A stretch of DNA of 17,045 bases from Candidatus Heimdallarchaeota archaeon (GTDB lineage Archaea > Asgardarchaeota > Heimdallarchaeia > Hodarchaeales > Hodarchaeaceae). The stretch covers positions 1-17,045 of the forward strand of contig JBHLSH010000080.1 of NCBI GenBank assembly GCA_048881705.1, given 5' to 3'. Position numbers and translations under genes: made by a program. Positions 8,182 through 16,201 of the stretch are shown here, one piece after another. The notes under the pieces were generated by a model that saw only the letters and a program-made list of their open reading frames with translations, was not told the DNA's origin and did no database searches. Position 1 is the stretch's first letter, and the number at the start of each line of letters is the position of its first letter.

Positions 8182-8844
8182 GTGCATAGATCAATGCTAC
8201 TAAAATCTAGGCCTTTATCCTTGAGGCAGTGGCTCTATTTTTCTATCCGTCACCTTAGACTTTTTCTACCATTCTATTTTGCACATCATCCCCTCTGTGA
8301 TGATTTTTCGCAAGAAACCATATCATACGGTGATTGGGTTATCTGCAGAGGATGTACTCTTACATATGTATCTCTATTGTTCGTTACTATCATTGATCTT
8401 TTTTTACAGCCTTTCAAGAAAATAGGGCTACTTGAGGGGTTGGCCCTGGTTCTTCTGCTTACTAGTCCAGTGTGGATCGGACTTTTTTATTCGTTTCAGA
8501 GTCGGACCATCAAAGACATTTTGAGAATAGTCCTAGGGAGTGGATGGGGGATTTCAATGGCGGAATTATGGTTACGCCCTGGGTGGCCTGATAAGGTGGT
8601 AATTCTACTCGGAATAGTAGGTTTTTGGCTCTTGTTTGTTCAGATAAGAAGGATACGCAATAAAAAGAATATGAAATTGTGTAGCATATGCCCACAGAAG
8701 TCAGATACGGTATGTGATGGATTTAAACGGCAATTTGAGGCCGAAATTGAATTCAATCGAGAGGTAGATACCTTCTTATGGGAGAATCTAAAAAATGAAG
8801 GCATTTCCCTGGTTAAAAAAACGGAGGGAATCAAGAAAACGTAA
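8182..8844 (+). CDS. Cys/His-rich membrane protein, DUF2085-like
   Basis: N-terminal AHHPLC...ICRGCTLTY resembles the DUF2085 'CH...CARCxGIY' pattern. About 4 TM segments follow, then a C-terminal CSIC-X7-C. The start may be GTG 8182 or a slightly later ATG. Confidence 0.6.
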   Translation: MHRSMLLKSRPLSLRQWLYFSIRHLRLFLPFYFAHHPLCDDFSQETISYGDWVICRGCTLTYVSLLFVTIIDLFLQPFKKIGLLEGLALVLLLTSPVWIGLFYSFQSRTIKDILRIVLGSGWGISMAELWLRPGWPDKVVILLGIVGFWLLFVQIRRIRNKKNMKLCSICPQKSDTVCDGFKRQFEAEIEFNREVDTFLWENLKNEGISLVKKTEGIKKT

Positions 8845-8858
8845 TAGTTTCGAATCTC

Positions 8859-9383
8859 CTAATCGAAAACCCGTTTAATCAGTTTATTCAGATAGTTCTG
8901 TATGACATCGTCTGAATCGCCCACCCTACTAATTCTTTCCCAAGCATCTTCTGTAAGTCCATACTGTTGAAGACGATCCGGAAGGAGAAGTTGCCAACGA
9001 TGAACCCCTTCCCGATAATTAGCCGCTTCATCCAGAACAATTTGAAATTCAAGTGCCAACTGAAAGTAAACCTTCAGACTGGCTGCGTCTAGCGCAATTG
9101 GCTCATGAATGCTCGGAAAAATGGATTCAAGAGGAAAAGGGACATTCAATGATATGGGAGTAAGATGGAAATCGGTTTCTTGCTTTGAAATAGATTTAGG
9201 CCCCGCACTTGATGAATATACATTTGCGGTTTCGGATTTTCCTTTTTCAAAGTCGTACTGAAAATCCTCTGGAATGACAGGTTTAATCTCGCTTGCTTTT
9301 CTCTCAGTTAAGGTTTTCGTCCCACCACAGTGCGGACAAGGGAGTTCCAAGATGTAGGAATGACATTTTTTACAAACTGGAAT
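8859..9383 (-). CDS. Hypothetical protein with an N-terminal Zn ribbon (CxxC-x8-CxxC); probable ATT start
   Basis: The frame is open upstream of the track's TTG 9350 and adds IPVCKKCHSYI, giving CKKC-HSYILELP-CPHC. GGAGG lies 8 nt upstream of ATT 9383. 174 aa. Confidence 0.6.
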   Translation of the reverse strand: MPVCKKCHSYILELPCPHCGGTKTLTERKASEIKPVIPEDFQYDFEKGKSETANVYSSSAGPKSISKQETDFHLTPISLNVPFPLESIFPSIHEPIALDAASLKVYFQLALEFQIVLDEAANYREGVHRWQLLLPDRLQQYGLTEDAWERISRVGDSDDVIQNYLNKLIKRVFD

Positions 9384-9411
9384 CCCTATGTCCTCCAGAG
9401 ACGTATTATTT

Positions 9412-9882
9412 TCAAATTGTCTTTAATCGATGAGCTTCTACGATCGGACTTTTCTCCGAAATGGTTACTCGATGCATTTTATCGCCATCTTCTAGTTTAT
9501 CAATAATATCTATACCCCCGACAACCTCCCCGAAAATCGTATGTTCGCCATCTAGATGCGGTTGCGGAGCGCGAACTAGAAAAAACTGAGAACCACCAGT
9601 ATTTCTCCCAGCATGCGCCATGGATAATGCGCCACGTATATGATTATGCTTGCCTGCATTTTTTTCTGTTTCACACGGAATTTTATAACCAGGGCCTCCT
9701 GTTCCTGTACCGTGAGGGCAACCTCCTTGTGCGACAAATCCAGGAATGCAGCGGTGAAATGATAGACCATCGTAAAAGCCTTTTTCGCTCAAACTTACAA
9801 AACTCTTGACAGTATTCGTGATTTCATCAAAAAATTGGATCTCAATATCTCCGTATTTAGTTTCGATTGTTGCTTTTGTCAT
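9412..9882 (-). CDS. Cyclophilin-type peptidyl-prolyl cis-trans isomerase
   Basis: FYDGLSFHRCIPGFVAQGG, GTGGPGY, GALSMAHAGRNTGGSQFF and HLDGEHTIFGEV. His replaces the cyclosporin-binding Trp of CypA. A GGTGAT RBS lies at 9888-9893. Confidence 0.97.
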   Translation of the reverse strand: MTKATIETKYGDIEIQFFDEITNTVKSFVSLSEKGFYDGLSFHRCIPGFVAQGGCPHGTGTGGPGYKIPCETEKNAGKHNHIRGALSMAHAGRNTGGSQFFLVRAPQPHLDGEHTIFGEVVGGIDIIDKLEDGDKMHRVTISEKSPIVEAHRLKTI

Positions 9883-9912
9883 TGATTATCACCAGATCTC
9901 TTCTTGGGAAGG

Positions 9913-9930
9913 TTATTTAATCTTTCGTTT
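9913..9930 (-). promoter_or_regulatory. Archaeal BRE-TATA promoter for the cyclophilin gene
   Basis: The minus strand reads AAACGAAAGA-TTAAATAA, about 31-38 nt upstream of ATG 9882, followed by the GGTGAT RBS. Confidence 0.55.
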
Positions 9931-10049
9931 GTTACTTGGATCTAAACTCCCCGCTAGCTCCTCTGTGATCCTAGTTTCATTTTTTCTAATTCTTAAAACA
10001 TCTAATGATCTACTTTTAGAAAATTTGAGGATTTCTTACCCCTAATGAG

Positions 10050-10123
10050 ATGAACCCTATAATTCCGAACGATTTATTCATCACGGGGATCAGACATATG
10101 CCTTTAGAACATCTAGGGTTCAT
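10050..10123. repeat. Perfect 10-bp inverted repeat (ATGAACCCTA / TAGGGTTCAT) with a 54-nt spacer
   Basis: The arms are at 10050-10059 and 10114-10123, inside a 338-bp intergenic region. Confidence 0.8.
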
Positions 10124-10220
10124 ACATTGATAATCCTATTATTGCCAAAAAGGTATCCTATTTGAATGGAAAATTCTTTGTTATTACGTTAGTTCAATTT
10201 AATAAGGAGAACGGCGCTAG

Positions 10221-11144
10221 ATGGTCGAATACAGACATTACGAACCCGATAAGGGGTATGAAGAATTACAGGCCAAGATATATAATGAAGCAAATCCCAT
10301 GAATTACCCTCCCGCAACCGCTGAGCAAATTCTTGACCGATATAAGGAAGAAAACTTCGATCGAAAAATGGTACGGTACGCATTCGTGGAAGGGGATATG
10401 ATTGCTTATATCCAAGCAAGGAGACACCCCTCCGTAAACGAAATTCATCTTAGTTTCCCATGGGCTCTTAAAGGATGTTCACCCGAAATTCAAGACCGCT
10501 TATTCAGTGATCTGTTGAATTATTGCCAGGAAAACTTTCCCAATGCCAGAATTCGAGTTAATCTACCTGGAAAACCTGAGAAGAACGTTCATTTTCTACA
10601 ACAAAAAGGTTTTATTGAAAAAAACCGATGGTACCAATATTTTGTAGAACTAGAAGATATCAGCAAACTGAAATATGATGAGGCTAGGTATACATCACGG
10701 ATCGCTTCCGAAATGGACGTAGATTCGATAATTGATCTGATCAAAACTGACGGAAGATACCAATCCAATTTCAAAACAGATTCAGAGATCGAGAACTATT
10801 TGATTGAGAAAGTGCTAGCTGTTGGTCATTTAGTCATCATAATGGATCAAGGAAAATTGACCGCCGCTGGTGCGCCCCTGCTCTATAAGCTTCCCCTAAG
10901 GGAAAAAGAAGTTGTTATTCTTCGGTTTACTGCGTTTCGCGAGTCCAAAACCCGTGAAACCTTTCGTCATCTACTGATAGAAGTAGCCAGAGAATGCCTA
11001 AGGACAGGATACGGACTAAAGCATCAAATGAGCCTTTATAGCGATCAAATGGAGACTCCTCCACTAGTACGCTCAGTAATCGAAGAACTTCATCCGAAAG
11101 GAGAAGTGGCGTTCTACTATTTTTATCTGGAAGAAAAAAGTTAA
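10221..11144 (+). CDS. Putative GNAT-fold N-acetyltransferase, possibly two tandem domains
   Basis: 307 aa. The YAFVEGDMIAYIQAR beta-hairpin and NVHFLQQKGF (motif-B-like) resemble GNAT, and a second similar half follows (LVIIMDQGKLTAAG). No canonical Q/RxxGxG/A motif was seen. Confidence 0.5.
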   Translation: MVEYRHYEPDKGYEELQAKIYNEANPMNYPPATAEQILDRYKEENFDRKMVRYAFVEGDMIAYIQARRHPSVNEIHLSFPWALKGCSPEIQDRLFSDLLNYCQENFPNARIRVNLPGKPEKNVHFLQQKGFIEKNRWYQYFVELEDISKLKYDEARYTSRIASEMDVDSIIDLIKTDGRYQSNFKTDSEIENYLIEKVLAVGHLVIIMDQGKLTAAGAPLLYKLPLREKEVVILRFTAFRESKTRETFRHLLIEVARECLRTGYGLKHQMSLYSDQMETPPLVRSVIEELHPKGEVAFYYFYLEEKS

Positions 11145-11218
11145 GGAATCACCTCCAAATTTATATATAGCAACTAAATTGCCTAGTAATCGTCATTGGC
11201 ATCTCCGTGTGAGCTTCA

Positions 11219-12343
11219 ATGGAATATCCAGAGTTGGCAGATTATTTATGCAAAAAGGCTTTAGAAAAGTACGGAAGTAAAATTGGTATAGTCGCAGTTT
11301 ATGGTTCATTCGTGACTGGAACCCAAACCTCCTATTCTGATCTTGACCTTTATGCAATCCTTGATTCGGGCACAAAGTCCAGGCCAAAATGGTCGTTCAT
11401 CTATAATGGTATTCCCGTCGATTTTTGGAGTATGTCGTGGAAGGACGCGGAACAACTTGCAGAAGGGGGAGAGGATCATGTCTGGAGTGTTTCTGCTTCT
11501 CTCTTTCATAACAACAAGGTATTGCATTCACGAAGTCCCGAGGATTTGAGAAGATTCGAGGAAATTAAAGCAAAAACAAGTGTAACCCAAGAAGAACACC
11601 TAAAGATCATATTGGATATATTCAGCCGCCTGTTTATTTATCCTGAAATAGTGAAACGTGCAGGAATGCAAAATGATTTGCTCTCGGCTCGCTGGGCAGG
11701 ATGGAACCTGATTAATTCCAGTATTGAAATTATCACAAGGATAAACAACAATTATCTCACCAAAAACTGGGGTTCCAATCTTCATCAAGTTCTGGATTTG
11801 CCCCTCCTTCCAAAGGATTTCTCCGAGTATGTTCAGCATTTAACAACCTCAGATAATATTGATGTAATTCTTCTGAACAGTGTCCAGTTTTTAGAGTCCT
11901 TGGATCAAATAATTTCCCGATTTCAGAAAAAAATGATTGTTGAACGTTACGATATTACAGAAAATTTTGCTGACGACTTTATTGGCATCACGGAATACAT
12001 TGGCAAAATCCTGTCAGCCTGTCAAGAGAAGAACATACATAAGGCAAGTTTTGCTGCCTCGGAACTCCAAATCTGGATTGCAGAAATTCTAAACAAGTCC
12101 AAATATCCACAATACGTAAACACATACAAGTACAACCTTTATCAGGAGGTTAACTCTGAATACAAAAGACTTCAATTTCCGGACTTATCGGAACATATAT
12201 CGAAGCCTGATTTTGGGGGTTTGAAGACCGCAACGGAAAAACTTGAAGTAATGCTCAAGGATATGTCTCGGCAATATGGGGTAAGAAACAGAGAATTCTT
12301 TTCAAAGGAAGAGATAGGTAATTATTTTGATAATTTGGCCTAG
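11219..12343 (+). CDS. Pol-beta superfamily nucleotidyltransferase with a helical C-terminal region (kanamycin nucleotidyltransferase-like architecture)
   Basis: VAVYGSFVTGTQTSYSDLDLYAI fits hG[GS]-x9-13-DxD, and a third acidic residue lies in PVDFW. The C-terminus looks all-helical. A TATA-like TTTATATA is at about 11160-11167. Confidence 0.75.
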   Translation: MEYPELADYLCKKALEKYGSKIGIVAVYGSFVTGTQTSYSDLDLYAILDSGTKSRPKWSFIYNGIPVDFWSMSWKDAEQLAEGGEDHVWSVSASLFHNNKVLHSRSPEDLRRFEEIKAKTSVTQEEHLKIILDIFSRLFIYPEIVKRAGMQNDLLSARWAGWNLINSSIEIITRINNNYLTKNWGSNLHQVLDLPLLPKDFSEYVQHLTTSDNIDVILLNSVQFLESLDQIISRFQKKMIVERYDITENFADDFIGITEYIGKILSACQEKNIHKASFAASELQIWIAEILNKSKYPQYVNTYKYNLYQEVNSEYKRLQFPDLSEHISKPDFGGLKTATEKLEVMLKDMSRQYGVRNREFFSKEEIGNYFDNLA

Positions 12344-12378
12344 CTTTTTGAACTACCTCTAATAATATGATTAGTTCC

Positions 12379-13371
12379 TTACTGGTTGGTTCCTTCGTGT
12401 AATACTCCCCACTCTTCCAGTTCTCTGACGGATACATTCGCCCCGCATAATACAATCCCGACTTTTTCCACTCCTTTCAGCGCAAATTTTTGATTTAAAA
12501 GTGCAGCAATTGTACACGAGGTTGCAGGTTCTACCACTATCTTCTCTTCTCTCAGAAGAAGACTCAAGGCATTTAAGGCCTCTTGATCAGTCACAGTTTC
12601 CATCGCATTCACCACAGCTTTTAAACGCGCAAAGGTATTTGCCGTCGTACGCTTTGCCGCAAGAGTTGTGGCTATACTTGTTATTTTCGGGAGCGTCACC
12701 ACCCTGTTTTTCCTGAAGCTTTGCGTAACAGCATCGGCACCTTCAGTTTCAACTCCATAAATCATAATTTCTGGCCGCATTTGGCGTGCCACCATACCTA
12801 TCCCGCTAAGTAGTCCCCCTCCGCCAACAGAAGCCACAATTGCATCTAAATCGGATTTTTGTTCCAACATCTCTAGCCCGATCGTACCCTGTCCTTTTAC
12901 CACATTCAGATCGTCGAACGGATGAATGTATACCAAACCCTCCTCCTCTGCCACTCGTTGAGCTTTCTCATCTGCATCATCCCACGCTTGCCCAAATTGA
13001 ACTGGTTTTCCTCCCCACTTCACGATTTTTGCAATCTTCTCTTGAGAGGTTGTCATTGGAACATAAACAGTTACAGGTGTATTAAACCGTTTCCCTGCAT
13101 AACATACTCCTAATCCGTGGTTTCCTCCAGAAGCGGTTATTAATCCCCTATTTCTTTCCTCCTCATCCAAGGCAAGCACTTTAGCGCAAGCTCCTCGAAC
13201 TTTGAATGATTTGGTGGGCTGGAGGAATTCATATTTGAGATATATCTCCTTTCCAATTAGGTCTTCTAAAACATAAGACCGAATGAGCGGCGTTTGTTCA
13301 ATATAAGGTTGAATCTTCTTATGCGTTTCTGCAATTTCCCATAAAAGCAGGCCTTTGAAGACGTCTGACAT
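12379..13371 (-). CDS. PLP-dependent threonine/serine dehydratase (fold type II, no ACT domain; TdcB/serine racemase-like)
   Basis: EFLQPTKSFKVRGA (PLP lysine), ASGGNHG, IHPFDD...GQGTIGLE, VGGGGL, GVETEGA, VEPA and LCGAN. 330 aa. Confidence 0.93.
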   Translation of the reverse strand: MSDVFKGLLLWEIAETHKKIQPYIEQTPLIRSYVLEDLIGKEIYLKYEFLQPTKSFKVRGACAKVLALDEEERNRGLITASGGNHGLGVCYAGKRFNTPVTVYVPMTTSQEKIAKIVKWGGKPVQFGQAWDDADEKAQRVAEEEGLVYIHPFDDLNVVKGQGTIGLEMLEQKSDLDAIVASVGGGGLLSGIGMVARQMRPEIMIYGVETEGADAVTQSFRKNRVVTLPKITSIATTLAAKRTTANTFARLKAVVNAMETVTDQEALNALSLLLREEKIVVEPATSCTIAALLNQKFALKGVEKVGIVLCGANVSVRELEEWGVLHEGTNQ

Positions 13372-13374
13372 TGG

Positions 13375-14160
13375 TTATTCCCCAACCTTAGCTGCGATCA
13401 AAGCCGCTCCGAGGGCACCGATCATTTGTGGACCAGGAGAATCAGGAATTTCAATTGTTTTCTTTATCTGGGCCTCTAACATGAATCTAACTCCAGAATT
13501 GTGAGCTACACCTCCTGTTAGAGCTACAACTGGTTCTATCCCAACTCTAGCGGCATAAGTTCCAATTTTTTTGGCAATTGCTTGACAGATCCCAGCAATT
13601 ACATCAATACGGCTGATACCTTGATTTATTTTAGATATTATCTCTGATTCAGCAAAAACTGTGCACGTATTCGATATGGAGGTTGGATTAGTCGATTGGA
13701 TGGCGATTGTGCCAAAATTCTCCAAGTCGACCTCCAACGCATTAGCCATTACTTCAATAAAGCGTCCTGTACCCGCAGCACACTTCTCATTCATTGTGAA
13801 ATCTTGGACTTTTCCTTGACCATTAATCTTAATCACTTTTGAATCCTGTCCCCCTATATCAATAATTGTACGGATATTCTGGTTTGTATAATGGGCCCCA
13901 GTTGCGTGGCAAGTAATCTCGGTTACTTGGCGTGTAGCATTTTCTACTAGCTTGCGGCCATACCCTGTCGATATAACAGTCTGGAAAGATTGTCCGATGA
14001 AAGATTCAGCTTCCTCTAGCATCTGCCTAGCGATTCTTGCCGGATTATACCCGACGCGAAGGATTTTTTGGTAGCAGAGATCGGGTTCTTTTGATGTTAC
14101 ACCTAGTACGACGATCTTTGCTGTAAGTGACCCTACGTCTAGTCCTGCAACGTAATTCAT
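13375..14160 (-). CDS. 2-hydroxyacyl-CoA dehydratase activator (HgdC/BadG-like ASKHA ATPase, [4Fe-4S])
   Basis: GLDVGSLTAK, STGYGR, EITCHA, IDIGGQDSK, MNEKCAAGTGRF, SNTCTVFAESE (the two cluster Cys), TGGVAHN and GALGAALIA. Confidence 0.95.
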   Translation of the reverse strand: MNYVAGLDVGSLTAKIVVLGVTSKEPDLCYQKILRVGYNPARIARQMLEEAESFIGQSFQTVISTGYGRKLVENATRQVTEITCHATGAHYTNQNIRTIIDIGGQDSKVIKINGQGKVQDFTMNEKCAAGTGRFIEVMANALEVDLENFGTIAIQSTNPTSISNTCTVFAESEIISKINQGISRIDVIAGICQAIAKKIGTYAARVGIEPVVALTGGVAHNSGVRFMLEAQIKKTIEIPDSPGPQMIGALGAALIAAKVGE

Positions 14161-14180
14161 TAGGAATTCTTACCTTAGAT

Positions 14181-14190
14181 CATATATATC
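14181..14190 (-). promoter_or_regulatory. Candidate TATA box for the activase-dehydratase transcript
   Basis: The minus strand reads GATATATATG, 21-30 nt upstream of ATG 14160, consistent with a short-leader transcript. Confidence 0.4.
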
Positions 14191-14208
14191 AGTAAAAGAG
14201 TAACCAAG

Positions 14209-16185
14209 CTAGGCACAATATATGCATCGTGATGGGCTTCCCATATGGCTTTCTGATCTACAATACCAACGCTGACAACGTTTACACTGATCGAATTCGG
14301 AAAAATAGTTGTGTACTCTATCTTTTCGAGCCATACTATGGCGTAGTTTATTTATTGCTGAATCTCGCGCAGAATTAGGTATTACCAAATCATTGATATG
14401 TTCTAAAAATAGTAATTCATCATGGGGGTTAGGTTCCTCGGCTTCTTTAACGAATTGTTCCAATTTCTGCAATAAATCGGTCAAATGGGTAGCAAGAGCG
14501 GTTATTTCTTCAACAGAAGTATCGATATCATAAAAGGGATCATAAAATTGAAACTGCTGCGAGAGCGATTGCAAGGTAATCCATATGGGCGAATCATCGA
14601 ATATTTCCAGCGCTGACGAGCATTTATGACCTGCACAACGAAAACCAATAATGGGGGTCTCGCAGTCTCTGTTACTGGTAAAATAGTTAGGTATTGGTAA
14701 GAGGCGATATAAGAGGCGATAATTGTTTACAAGGTCATTATACAATGAACGGGCCTTCTGATGAACTTTAAGATATAATGTTGCATTCTTTTTAATAAGC
14801 GATTGCTTTCGGATTCCCAATTGCGATTGTAGAAGATGATCACCTTCTGTTTCCAAAATTTGCTGCTCTAGAAGTCGTAAGGCTTTAACTGAATTCTTTA
14901 ATTGGCCATGAGTGATTTTGATATCATCGATTTGTAGAAAAACCGGATCTGTATCCGAAAGAGTAACCAACACCTGGAACTCGGATAATGCATCAGATAT
15001 AGATTCACGAGGTTTAGGTCTTCCCTCATCTAAGGCGGGTAATTCTCGAATATACGGTTTCAATGGGAGGAAAAGGTCCTTAATTTGTTGTTGGACGTCA
15101 TTAATCTGAGCTTGTTCCAATTCATTTATCTGGGATCTTTGAAAAATTGCTAGGACTTGTTTTCCCGCTTTGGTTCCGATTCGGCCGTCAATCTGGTTAT
15201 TGGCGATCAGGTACTCAAGGGCCATTGCTAGGACTTCCCTGGGTAACTTTAGTCGACGCCGTAAATACCCTATGGAGAGTTCATCAACATGGTATTTTTC
15301 GATAACCATCTTAATTTCATTTTCAAGAGAGGCCAAAGTCTCAGTATCAAAAGCACTTAAAGATTGGATTTCCTCCTCAGTGATGTCGCCTTCGAATTCT
15401 TGCTGGATTTCTTCCAAAATTCTTTCTCTTTCTTCATCTATTATCTCAGGTACGTTTACTCCATAGAGTACTGGATCCACTATCTTACGATAAAAACTCA
15501 TGAGTTCTTCTTCAAGTCCAATGTCTTCTAATTCCGTATTATGCTGTGTAACAGCTAGAGCCAAGTCTTGGGAAGGATTAAATGCGACATTCAACGCGAG
15601 ATGCTCATCTCCTTGTATTACGCAATTTTCCACGCCCCCAGCTTTTACTTCCATATCGATCCTCTCCACCAAACTTAGTAGGCTTGTTATTGATATCGCA
15701 AAGAGAAAGTCATCCATTTCTCGCCCTTCCGGATAAGCCACCCAAACAGGAAATCCCGCTGAGGCAATAAGACCAACAATTTGATACTTATCGGAATATC
15801 CCTTGTGAAATATCTGTTTCAATAAAAGCTTCATTATATCTAAAGGGTCAAACGTAACGTCATGGAGAAGGAGGAGGAGAAGTGTTGGAGCGAATTCTGC
15901 ACCAATTGAAAAAATCGTGACTGAATGCTTTCGACTCTTGATAGATATGGTATGCCATGTATCCAGTTGTAGTTCGTTACTCAGTATTTGGGTAATTAAT
16001 CCCCAACCTTGTAGTAAAAGTCCCGCCCATATGTCGATATCTGATTCATCGCGGCTGAATGCAGTTTTATTATATGAATCACCCATTCTCGCAAGGACCA
16101 GGTTTTTTACTTCCGAGGTTCTAAAATCCTCCTTGATTACGTGGAATGCATCACCAACTATCTTGCTCCAATTTTCTAGTCCCAT
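14209..16185 (-). CDS. 658-aa multidomain protein: two roadblock/LC7-like domains, acidic linker, PCI-like winged helix, helical/coiled-coil region and C-terminal Cys/His zinc finger
   Basis: aa 135-236 has the roadblock pattern (IVGLIASAGFPV...DDFLFAISITSLLSLVERIDMEVKAGGVENCVIQG...DLALAVT), and aa 1-130 has the same alpha/beta periodicity. aa about 290-348 is LSIGYLRRRLKLPREVLAMALEYLIANNQIDGRIG. Potential ligands are C517, C522, C634, C637, C642, H647, C654 and C657. The ORF is certain; the domain calls are by eye. Confidence 0.7.
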   Translation of the reverse strand: MGLENWSKIVGDAFHVIKEDFRTSEVKNLVLARMGDSYNKTAFSRDESDIDIWAGLLLQGWGLITQILSNELQLDTWHTISIKSRKHSVTIFSIGAEFAPTLLLLLLHDVTFDPLDIMKLLLKQIFHKGYSDKYQIVGLIASAGFPVWVAYPEGREMDDFLFAISITSLLSLVERIDMEVKAGGVENCVIQGDEHLALNVAFNPSQDLALAVTQHNTELEDIGLEEELMSFYRKIVDPVLYGVNVPEIIDEERERILEEIQQEFEGDITEEEIQSLSAFDTETLASLENEIKMVIEKYHVDELSIGYLRRRLKLPREVLAMALEYLIANNQIDGRIGTKAGKQVLAIFQRSQINELEQAQINDVQQQIKDLFLPLKPYIRELPALDEGRPKPRESISDALSEFQVLVTLSDTDPVFLQIDDIKITHGQLKNSVKALRLLEQQILETEGDHLLQSQLGIRKQSLIKKNATLYLKVHQKARSLYNDLVNNYRLLYRLLPIPNYFTSNRDCETPIIGFRCAGHKCSSALEIFDDSPIWITLQSLSQQFQFYDPFYDIDTSVEEITALATHLTDLLQKLEQFVKEAEEPNPHDELLFLEHINDLVIPNSARDSAINKLRHSMARKDRVHNYFSEFDQCKRCQRWYCRSESHMGSPSRCIYCA

Positions 16186-16201
16186 TTTTTTTCCAATTTC
16201 C

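Noticed and set aside
9883-10220. Small protein gene in the long intergenic region (ORF 9806-10045 +, and a 21-codon minus-strand ORF)
   Set aside because: The plus ORF overlaps the cyclophilin antisense and its promoter. The minus frames are very short or lack start codons.
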